Shown: positions 47,751 through 54,947 of the stretch, one piece after another
Layout: each line of letters begins with the position of its first letter
Position numbering within the stretch: position 1 is the first letter of the stretch
DNA from: Cyclobacteriaceae bacterium
GTDB taxonomy: Bacteria; Bacteroidota; Bacteroidia; Cytophagales; Cyclobacteriaceae
Reading direction: 5' to 3'
Assembly: GCA_019638235.1 (NCBI GenBank)
Contig: JAHBUE010000001.1
Location: forward strand, 604,492 to 668,491
Length of the DNA stretch: 64,000 nt
Notes under the pieces: model-generated
What the model saw: the letters and a program-made list of their open reading frames with translations, nothing else
Databases searched by the model: none
What the model was told of the DNA's origin: nothing
Made by a program: the position numbers and the translations under genes

Positions 47751-47822
47751 TCTTTTTCAATTCAACCTCGTATATTTCGGGTATGATACAGAGCGCAACG
47801 CTCATTTTTTAACGTACAAATT

Positions 47823-48587
47823 ATGAAAGCCAAAAAAACCAGTAAGCTGAAAAAGAACGACCCCGAATTAATTCAACGGGCAATAGAAGAAGAGCACCGC
47901 ATCCGCAAAGCCTTTAAAGATAAAGACTGGGCAGAGATAAAGGGCGCCAACAGTTGGATGATTTTTAAAGTGATGAGTGAGTTTGTAGAGGGCATGGAAA
48001 AGCTGGCAAAGATAGGCCCGTGTGTTTCCATTTTCGGCTCGGCCCGAACAAAAGCCAATCATGCCTATTATAAAACCGCAGAAGAAATTGCCTATCAATT
48101 AGTGCAGCACGGATACGGAGTTATTACCGGGGGCGGCCCTGGTATTATGGAAGCCGGCAACAAAGGTGCGCATCGTGCCGGGGGAAAATCCGTGGGGTTG
48201 AATATTTTTCTCCCGTTTGAGCAGAAAGGAAATATTTACATTGACCCGGATAAGCTCATCACATTCGATTACTTTTTTGTGCGCAAGGTGATGTTTGTAA
48301 AATATTCGCAAGGGTTTATTGTTATGCCTGGCGGATTTGGAACATTAGATGAAATAACAGAAGCGCTTACGCTGATTCAGACAAAAAAAATCGGAAGGTT
48401 CCCGATTGTTATGGTAGGAAAAAAATTCTGGCAAGGCTGGTTGGATTGGGTAAAAACGGTGCTGATTGATGACGGCATGATAAGCCCCGAAGACCTCGAC
48501 TTGTTTAGTGTGGTAGATACACCTGAAGAAGCGGTGAAAGTAATTGATGACTTCTATTCCAGGTATTTGTTGGCGCCAAACTTCTGA
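47823..48587 (+). CDS. LOG family (TIGR00730) nucleotide phosphoribohydrolase
   Basis: 254 aa with GGGPGIMEA and PGGFGTLDE motifs. Confidence 0.85.
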   Translation: MKAKKTSKLKKNDPELIQRAIEEEHRIRKAFKDKDWAEIKGANSWMIFKVMSEFVEGMEKLAKIGPCVSIFGSARTKANHAYYKTAEEIAYQLVQHGYGVITGGGPGIMEAGNKGAHRAGGKSVGLNIFLPFEQKGNIYIDPDKLITFDYFFVRKVMFVKYSQGFIVMPGGFGTLDEITEALTLIQTKKIGRFPIVMVGKKFWQGWLDWVKTVLIDDGMISPEDLDLFSVVDTPEEAVKVIDDFYSRYLLAPNF

Positions 48588-48611
48588 TATTTACCACAGA
48601 GCGGCACAGAG

Positions 48612-48918
48612 ATGGAAGAAAATTTAGTAACAGAGAAAATCATTGGATGTGCGATGAAGGTTCACACCGCATGTCGGGAAGGAAAAAGCATTGCCACTTG
48701 TATATGAAGATGTAAAGTTGGAATGCGGTTACCGGATTGATTTGCATGTAGAACGAAAAATTGTGGTTGAAGTAAAGTCGGTTGATGCTTTGGCCGATAT
48801 TCACCTTGCTGAAGTATTGACATATTTAAAATTATGTAAGAACCGATTTGGCTTGTTGATGAATTTTAATGTTGTGAGATTGAAGGATGGAATAAAAAGA
48901 GTTGTGCATGGCTATTAA
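48612..48918 (+). pseudogene. GxxExxY (PD-(D/E)XK-like) protein gene remnant, internal deletion plus frameshift
   Basis: The ATG at 48612 gives MEENLVTEKIIGCAMKVHTA, then runs out of frame to a TGA. A second frame from 48691 gives the family C-terminus PLVYEDVKLECGYRIDLHVERKIVVEVKSV..IHLAEVLTYLKL..LLMNFN. About 35 central residues expected for the family are missing. It is flanked by inverted ACCACAGAGCGG-type ends at 48592-48611 and 48928-48960. Confidence 0.7.
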
Positions 48919-48973
48919 CACGGTGCCCTCTGTGAAAACCCCCATGTACCGCTGTGGTTAAGAAATAGAAAAT

Positions 48974-49939
48974 ATGCTTTCAAGAAATCTGTCTTTAGTT
49001 ATTTCAATAGTAGCCTTAGTTATCGTGCTGGGTTTTGTGCGGTATGCTAATAATCAACTTCAGCAAGTAGTAAGCGCACAAGCAAAAACAGAAGGCATCC
49101 GGGACGGAACACTTTCTTCAGCCGACTGGCAAGGTTCTGTTCCGCAATACTTTGCTGTTTCTTACGACCTGCCCGCTAACCTAACCTTTGCCGGTGAGCG
49201 TGTGCCCATTGAAATACCCGATGTGTTGGAACGCCTTGACCGCGAATTGCAGATTAACATTTACTTACACAGCAGCACCATATTTTTAATAAAGCGGGCT
49301 AATCGCTGGCTGCCACAGATGGAAGAAATTCTGCGCAAGCATAACATACCCGATGACTTTAAATACCTGCCGTTGATTGAATCAGGATTGTTGAATGATG
49401 TTTCTCCAAAAGAAGCGGTAGGATACTGGCAAATACTGAAAACGTCAGGACGGGAATTAGGGCTTGAGATAGATAAAGAAGTGGATGAGCGCTACGACCC
49501 GCTCAAAGCAACAGAAGCCGCCTGCAAATATTTAAACAATGCCTATAAAAAATTCGACAACTGGACGTTGGTAGCGGCTTCCTATAACAGAGGCATAGCC
49601 GGTGTTGGTCGCGCCCTCGAAAACCAACAAGTAGATAATTTTTACGACCTGCACTTAGTAGAAGAAACTTCGCGCTATGTGTTCCGCATTCTTGCCATAA
49701 AAGAAATTATTGAAAACCCGGCAACGTATAGTTTCAATGTAAATACTAAGCACCTATATCAACAGGAAAAACTACGGTATGTTGAAGTGAAAGAAACCAT
49801 TCCTGACCTTATACGTTTTGCCAAACAACAAGGTGTAAACTACAAACTGTTGAAACGTTACAACCCCTGGCTGCGCGATGACAAATTAACAGTTAAGCGC
49901 GGAAAGATTTACCAGATTGCATTGCCGGAAACGAACTAA
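48974..49939 (+). CDS. lytic transglycosylase (SLT domain) protein
   Basis: 321 aa with an N-terminal anchor. Contains the catalytic LIESGL and AVGYWQI motifs and AASYNRG. Confidence 0.8.
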   Translation: MLSRNLSLVISIVALVIVLGFVRYANNQLQQVVSAQAKTEGIRDGTLSSADWQGSVPQYFAVSYDLPANLTFAGERVPIEIPDVLERLDRELQINIYLHSSTIFLIKRANRWLPQMEEILRKHNIPDDFKYLPLIESGLLNDVSPKEAVGYWQILKTSGRELGLEIDKEVDERYDPLKATEAACKYLNNAYKKFDNWTLVAASYNRGIAGVGRALENQQVDNFYDLHLVEETSRYVFRILAIKEIIENPATYSFNVNTKHLYQQEKLRYVEVKETIPDLIRFAKQQGVNYKLLKRYNPWLRDDKLTVKRGKIYQIALPETN

Positions 49940-49949
49940 CTTTTCAAAT

Positions 49950-50711
49950 ATGCGCCCTTACATATTGGCCGAATCAAACTGGAAACAAATTAAAGACCTC
50001 GAAGTTGACGTAGCTATACTTCCCTGGGGAGCGTGCGAAGCGCACAACTATCATTTGCCTTACGCAACCGATATTATTGAGTCGGAACACATTTCAGCAG
50101 AGGCTGCACGGTTAGCCTGGGAACAAGGCGCGAAAGTAATGATGTTGCCGTGCGTTCCGTTTGGTGTAAACACGGGTCAGTTTGATGTAAAGCTGGATAT
50201 GAACATGAACCCGTCAACACAATTTCTTGTGTTAAAGGATTTGATTGAGGTACTCAACCGGCAGCGTATTTACAAGCTTATTATTTTAAACAGTCATGGC
50301 GGAAATGATTTCAAACCGATGATACGCGAACTGGGGCTTGTTTTCCCGGATATGTTTATCACTACGTGCAATTGGTTTCAGGCTATTGACCAAAAACAAT
50401 TTTTTGAAAACAAAGACGACCATGCCGGTGAAATGGAAACCAGCCTGATGTTGTATTTACGCCCCGACCTCGTGCTGCCGCTAACCGAGGCAGGCGATGG
50501 CGCGGCAAAGAAATTCAGGTTCACGGCCATCCATGAGGGCTGGGCCTGGGCCGAGCGCAAGTGGACACAAGTTACAGCGTCAACCGGTGTAGGCGACCCG
50601 CGCAAAGCCTCACGCGAAAAAGGTGAAAAATACTTTAAAGCGGTTACCGAAAAGGTGGCACGGTTTCTTACTGAAGTGGCAAAAACGAAAAGCGGGGAAC
50701 TTTATGAGTAA
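49950..50711 (+). CDS. creatininase family amidohydrolase
   Basis: ILPWGACEAHNYHLPY and NSHGGN motifs. The ATG at 49950 is preferred over 49917, which overlaps the upstream gene. Confidence 0.85.
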   Translation: MRPYILAESNWKQIKDLEVDVAILPWGACEAHNYHLPYATDIIESEHISAEAARLAWEQGAKVMMLPCVPFGVNTGQFDVKLDMNMNPSTQFLVLKDLIEVLNRQRIYKLIILNSHGGNDFKPMIRELGLVFPDMFITTCNWFQAIDQKQFFENKDDHAGEMETSLMLYLRPDLVLPLTEAGDGAAKKFRFTAIHEGWAWAERKWTQVTASTGVGDPRKASREKGEKYFKAVTEKVARFLTEVAKTKSGELYE

Positions 50712-50726
50712 GAAATGGGTATTGCT

Positions 50727-50896
50727 GTTAACGTTTTGTGTTTATTTAGTTGCGGGATTAGGAGGGTTTAAAAATGAAGCGCAGCGGAATGTTAAACCCG
50801 ACCTGCTGCAAAATTGTCCCCCGTGACCGAGCTGCATTTGAAACATACACTTAAATTTAACACTACACCCCGCAATTGCATAAACTTTTTGTTGCC
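50727..50896. repeat. about 170 bp palindromic element, copy A (attC-like or MITE-like)
   Basis: By eye about 85 percent identical to 54063-54231. Ends are GTTAAC...GTTGCC. Arms contain GTTTAT../..ATAAAC and TTGCGGG/CCCGCAA. Internal hairpin is GGGTTTAA (50764-50771) / TTAAACCC (50792-50799). It starts 16 nt after the creatininase-family gene stop and ends 11 nt before the stop of the 50908 gene. Confidence 0.8.
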
Positions 50897-50907
50897 GGCT
50901 GTGCCCG

Positions 50908-51216
50908 TTACCAATTTGTCGTGACGGAACTTACTTTCTTGTCCGTCCCGAAATTGATTTTGATTCTATTTAACTCAATTGAAGTCGAGTCCCCGAGGTC
51001 TGGATATCTGTCCGTAATTTCTTTAAAGTCCTCAAATGTCAGTTTACCCTTAATGATTTGAGAAACCTGTTCCAGGTCATGTTCGGTGTCTTCGTAGCCT
51101 TCTCTCATGTAAGTTATGGTCACACCTTGGTCAAGTATTGAGTACAACAGAAATAGTGTCGTCAAGATGAAAACTGTCAATAGTGTCCAAAACACTGTTC
51201 TCCATTTATTTTTCAT
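50908..51216 (-). CDS. hypothetical single-pass membrane protein
   Basis: The ORF is open to 51249. The Met at 51216 gives MKNKWRTVFWTLLTVFILTTLFLLY (TM segment) and avoids a 20 nt overlap with barstar. No recognised domain. Confidence 0.5.
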   Translation of the reverse strand: MKNKWRTVFWTLLTVFILTTLFLLYSILDQGVTITYMREGYEDTEHDLEQVSQIIKGKLTFEDFKEITDRYPDLGDSTSIELNRIKINFGTDKKVSSVTTNW

Positions 51217-51229
51217 TGGTCGTTTTACT

Positions 51230-51562
51230 TTAGTCAGCAGATATTGCAATCATTGCTTGTTCGTTGTTCTCAAGTTTTCTGTAATTGACAAAAGCTGAAC
51301 ACTCTAAAAGAGCTAAGTATATGTCGTTGCACCTTTCTTTGAAGCTTTCACTGTTACGAATTTCAATTACCAACGTGTCAGTTTTCTTAATCCAAACTTT
51401 AGTCATCCCGTTTTCAGGCGCGTCAATGTCGGTCATGCAGTCAATCCACGCATTCATATTTCGTCCGTAAAAGTCGGGGAACCCTAAAGTAATTTTGAAA
51501 ATGTCGTGGAATGAGTCCCAGTCGGTTATTAAGTCCGCGTTAATACTTATTCTTTTAATCAT
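51230..51562 (-). CDS. barstar family ribonuclease inhibitor
   Basis: 110 aa. I..DLITDWDSFHDIFKITLGFPDFYGRNMNAWIDCMT aligns with the barstar core (LH..L...L.LP.YYG.NLDALWDCLT). Confidence 0.8.
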   Translation of the reverse strand: MIKRISINADLITDWDSFHDIFKITLGFPDFYGRNMNAWIDCMTDIDAPENGMTKVWIKKTDTLVIEIRNSESFKERCNDIYLALLECSAFVNYRKLENNEQAMIAISAD

Positions 51563-51912
51563 TTAGCTCGTCAGTCGAATTTGTCCCCCGGCCATTACCG
51601 TCAACGTTCAGTATTTGTGCCGCCTGCGGTTTACGGAGCGCGGTACTTTCACCCGTGACGAAACAAAGTTAAGAAGACTAAACTACAAATTTACCGTGTC
51701 CCCGTGAAAGTGGCTGGGAAATTAAACAGGTTGTAAATATAGTTTGGTGATTTGAATTTTGCATTGTTGAACCGAAACGGAAGCAGGCTCTGCTGAGGAG
51801 CAACCTGCCAGGGATAGGTTCTCCCGACAGAATGTCGATAATCGAAAAGGATGTTGTTAACTCAATGTCCTTTTCTTTTGATATTCTGGAGGGCCAATGT
51901 CTAAAAAAACCT

Positions 51913-52030
51913 TTATGCCGTATATGCTGCCGGAGTTTGATAGCCAAGCGATTCATGCTCCCGAACAGTATTGTATTCTTGCAGCCATGCATCTGTTAGT
52001 GGCTGTGCTTTCCTTTTTGTCAATGCCGTT
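51913..52030 (-). pseudogene. C-terminal remnant of an rve (DDE integrase-core) transposase
   Basis: The minus-strand frame reads ...KRKAQPLTDAWLQEYNTVREHESLGYQTPAAYTA-stop. This matches the conserved W...YN..RPH.SLGY.TP C-terminus of IS3/IS481-type transposases. No upstream catalytic part is present. Confidence 0.5.
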
Positions 52031-52034
52031 TTTT

Positions 52035-53141
52035 TTAGTTGAGTGTAAAGTCCGCAAGTTCATAATTAGCATTTCGTCCGCCTTCTCCTGTTTCTTGCAA
52101 AATGCCTTTTTTTATTAGGTCCTTTATGTCACGCAATGCCGTGTCTGTTGAAACTTTGGTAATTTTTGCCCATTTTGATGATTGTAGTTTTCCGTCAAAT
52201 CCGTCAAACAACATATTCAGAATGATGCGTTGGCGTTCGTTGATCGTTGTGTTTTCGTACAGTTTCCAAAATTCGGCTTTGCGTAAAATGCGTTGCGTAG
52301 TGTTTTCGGTGGCAAGCATTGCGTTTTTCAGACAATGTAAAAACCATTCAAGCCATTCTGTAATGTTGCCTGTGCTGTGTTGCACTTTTTGCAATACTTC
52401 GTAGTAGCGTTTGCGTTCTACCAAAATTTGGCTTGACATACTGTAAAAACGTTCGCCACTACTTTCGGCACGGGCAAGCAACATATCGGTTATAGCCCGT
52501 CCAACACGTCCGTTTCCGTCATCAAATGGGTGAATAATAATAAACCAAAAGTGAGCAATAGCGGCTTTTATTACGGGGTCAAGTTGATTGTCATTATTGA
52601 ACCAATCCAAAAACTTGTCCATTTCGGCTTTTACCAACTTTGGCTTTACTGCTTCATAGTGTATTTTCTCTTTGCCCATTGCACCCGAAACTACCTGCAT
52701 TTCACCTGTTCGGTATTTACCAACTTCTATTTCATAAGGTCCGCTGTACCCTGTGGGAAAAAGTGCTGCGTGCCAACCAAACAACCGTTTTTCAGTTAAA
52801 GGTAAAGTGTAGCGTTGAGTCGCATCAAGCATCATTTCTACCACGCCTTCAATGTGGCGACTGCTTGGAACAAGTCCTGCGGTGTTAATCCCCAAACGCC
52901 TTGCAATGGAAGAACGCACTTGGTCGTAGTTGAGCAACTCGCCTTCAATTTCGCTTGATTTTACAACGTCTAAGGTAAGAGCCGTAAGCGTAGCTTCTTC
53001 TTTGGCAGAAAAGCCCAAAGCATTCATTTGTCCAATGATTTTGCCCTGCATTAGTTTTACTTCGCCAAATACAACATTTATGGCTTTGTCTTGCCACAAA
53101 AAGTTTGTCCAATTTTTATGCTCGTAAATGTATTTTGCCAT
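52035..53141 (-). CDS. Fic family protein (class II, N-terminal inhibitory motif, C-terminal winged-helix-like region)
   Basis: 368 aa with the Fic motif HPFDDGNGRVGR. An N-terminal SSEIEG fits the (S/T)xxxE(G/N) inhibitory helix. Confidence 0.9.
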   Translation of the reverse strand: MAKYIYEHKNWTNFLWQDKAINVVFGEVKLMQGKIIGQMNALGFSAKEEATLTALTLDVVKSSEIEGELLNYDQVRSSIARRLGINTAGLVPSSRHIEGVVEMMLDATQRYTLPLTEKRLFGWHAALFPTGYSGPYEIEVGKYRTGEMQVVSGAMGKEKIHYEAVKPKLVKAEMDKFLDWFNNDNQLDPVIKAAIAHFWFIIIHPFDDGNGRVGRAITDMLLARAESSGERFYSMSSQILVERKRYYEVLQKVQHSTGNITEWLEWFLHCLKNAMLATENTTQRILRKAEFWKLYENTTINERQRIILNMLFDGFDGKLQSSKWAKITKVSTDTALRDIKDLIKKGILQETGEGGRNANYELADFTLN

Positions 53142-53350
53142 TGCTCAAAATAGGATGCGGCAAATGTACGAATTATTTGCCGCAGATTTGCGGTGATAAT
53201 TTTATTTTTTCACCGCATAATTAGACCTAATGGCGAAAAATGGGCTGTTTTTGCTGTTTTTTTATTGTCAATATTTTTTCCATTCAAAACTTTTGAAACC
53301 ACTTTCTGTCGCCCGCCATTACGCCAAACCCGGTGTTGCCAGCCGTTGCA

Positions 53351-54046
53351 TTAGTCCACATATTTTAGTTTGTCTCCGCTAAATCTTGCTTCTACAACTT
53401 TGTTTCTAAGTCCTTTAGTTTCTTTTTTTATCCTTGTCCATACGTCTGATGGTACATTTTTGTCAAAATGCAAACTAATGATTGCTGTGCTGTCGGTGAT
53501 TATTTCATTCATTTTGTTTATGTCTGTCATTTTAATGAAAATATCATTGTCTAACTCTAATTGAACTGAGTCACTCCATTCATTTTTTCTCTTAGGCTGT
53601 CCGACTAAAATATTTTTAATATTAGTGTCTGAAATGTCATAACATGAACCATCACAGTCCATAAGTTCGATGTTTAAATTGCTTGTTGAATAGAGATTTT
53701 TTTTCTTATCCCTTAATTCAGCCTTATAAAATTCAATCGTTTCATTTCCTGCATCATGTTCAAAAAATAAAGTGACCTTGTCCTTAGTCGCCTTAAGGTC
53801 ATAAAACGGAAACATTCTCGGAGAACTTCTTATAAAAGAATTGTCTTTTAAGTCTATAATTATAGAGTCGTGTTGGTTAGTAAATATATTGTCGGTGTTT
53901 AGCAATACTAAGGTGTCTCTAATGTCTATTGTGTAAAACTGTCCGTTGTTTTCAGTTGAAACATAATAGCCTTCTATATTCTCGGTCTTGGTTTTACAAA
54001 ATGTTGTCAGACAGAAAAGGCCGAGTATTATGAAAATAGTCCTCAT
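53351..54046 (-). CDS. hypothetical lipoprotein, strongly AT-rich
   Basis: The Met at 54046 gives MRTIFIILGLFCLTTFC (lipobox). The ORF is open to 54067. A spot count on one 60 nt row gives about 30 percent G+C. No recognised domain. Confidence 0.55.
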   Translation of the reverse strand: MRTIFIILGLFCLTTFCKTKTENIEGYYVSTENNGQFYTIDIRDTLVLLNTDNIFTNQHDSIIIDLKDNSFIRSSPRMFPFYDLKATKDKVTLFFEHDAGNETIEFYKAELRDKKKNLYSTSNLNIELMDCDGSCYDISDTNIKNILVGQPKRKNEWSDSVQLELDNDIFIKMTDINKMNEIITDSTAIISLHFDKNVPSDVWTRIKKETKGLRNKVVEARFSGDKLKYVD

Positions 54047-54062
54047 TTTTTTTGCAATGGCT

Positions 54063-54231
54063 GGCAACGTTTGTGTTTATGCAGTGCGGGGAATTGGAGG
54101 GCTTAAAAATGAAGCGCAGCGGAATGTTAAGCCCGACCTGCTTCGAGCTGTCCCCCGTGACCGAACTACATTGTGAAACATAAACTTTAATTTAACACTA
54201 AACCCCCGCATTGCATAAACATTTTGTTGCC
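54063..54231. repeat. about 170 bp palindromic element, copy B (attC-like or MITE-like)
   Basis: GGCAAC (54063-54068) ... GTTGCC (54226-54231). The arms GTTTATGCAgTGCGGGG / CCCCGCAtTGCATAAAC pair with one mismatch. Internal hairpin is GGGCTTAA (54099-54106) / TTAAGCCC (54127-54134). Confidence 0.8.
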
Positions 54232-54265
54232 GGCTGGCATCAGTCCAACTTTAAATTTATTGTCC

Positions 54266-54904
54266 TTATTCTTTAGTCTTTGTTGTCAAGGGCTTGAGTG
54301 TCGTGTCACCAAGTTGTTCTGCGATAAACAGAATTAAACTATATTCTTCAACAGTCGTTGGTTCTACGTCTATTTCTTTCGAGTAAAATCCATGTGCAGT
54401 AAGTCCTGCCACTCCTTTAATTACTTTTGGCGTCTCGGGTCTAACTTTTAAAAGAGTCTGTTCTTCATTTATTTTCTCAAATGTCAAAATGAATGGTGTT
54501 CGGAACTCAAGTGCTTGTCCACCTGCATAATAAATTGGCGAATACCAATATTGTCCAAATGAGTGAATGTATATGTCGTTCTCGGTATTCGGTTTTTCAA
54601 AATGTTCTTTTCCAAACAACGCATTACCAGCAGTCTCTGCATTAAATGAAACAGTCATTTTATGTTCTCCGTTACCCATGTCAACATTAAAGTAAAATAT
54701 ACTTGATTGGTAAAATGGACTATTAATTTCTTTGTGCTCGTTAAAAGAGTTCAAAATTGTCTGCCTTAACTTGTCCAGAGGCACATAAAATATATGTTCA
54801 GTCGGATTGATCTCAACCAACTCCTTTGTCTCAAGTCTTTTAAGATTGTCACAACTTAAAAAAATTGCCGTAATGATTAATGTTATTAAAGTCCTTCGTG
54901 TCAC
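54266..54904 (-). CDS. hypothetical lipoprotein, AT-rich
   Basis: 212 aa with a GTG start and a lipobox (AIFLSCDN). No recognised domain. Confidence 0.55.
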   Translation of the reverse strand: MTRRTLITLIITAIFLSCDNLKRLETKELVEINPTEHIFYVPLDKLRQTILNSFNEHKEINSPFYQSSIFYFNVDMGNGEHKMTVSFNAETAGNALFGKEHFEKPNTENDIYIHSFGQYWYSPIYYAGGQALEFRTPFILTFEKINEEQTLLKVRPETPKVIKGVAGLTAHGFYSKEIDVEPTTVEEYSLILFIAEQLGDTTLKPLTTKTKE

Positions 54905-54947
54905 TTCACTGAATTTTGTTTATGGCTTGCCGGCAACTAGCGTATAT

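Noticed and set aside
50623-50826. ORFs 50623..50826 and 53988..54176 end in nearly the same peptide (GGF/LKNEAQRNVKPDLL...), which could suggest a conserved small protein.
   Set aside because: The shared part is simply the plus-strand reading of the repeated 170 bp palindromic element. The N-terminal parts are unrelated and overlap other genes. The differences between copies include a stem-compensating pair rather than a synonymous-biased pattern.
51678-51992. A 104 aa minus-strand ORF and a 73 aa plus-strand ORF (51897..52118) in the spacer after Fic.
   Set aside because: The translations are not protein-like. The region is better explained by a different frame carrying a transposase C-terminal remnant plus repeat fragments. 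The plus-strand ORF overlaps the Fic 3' end.
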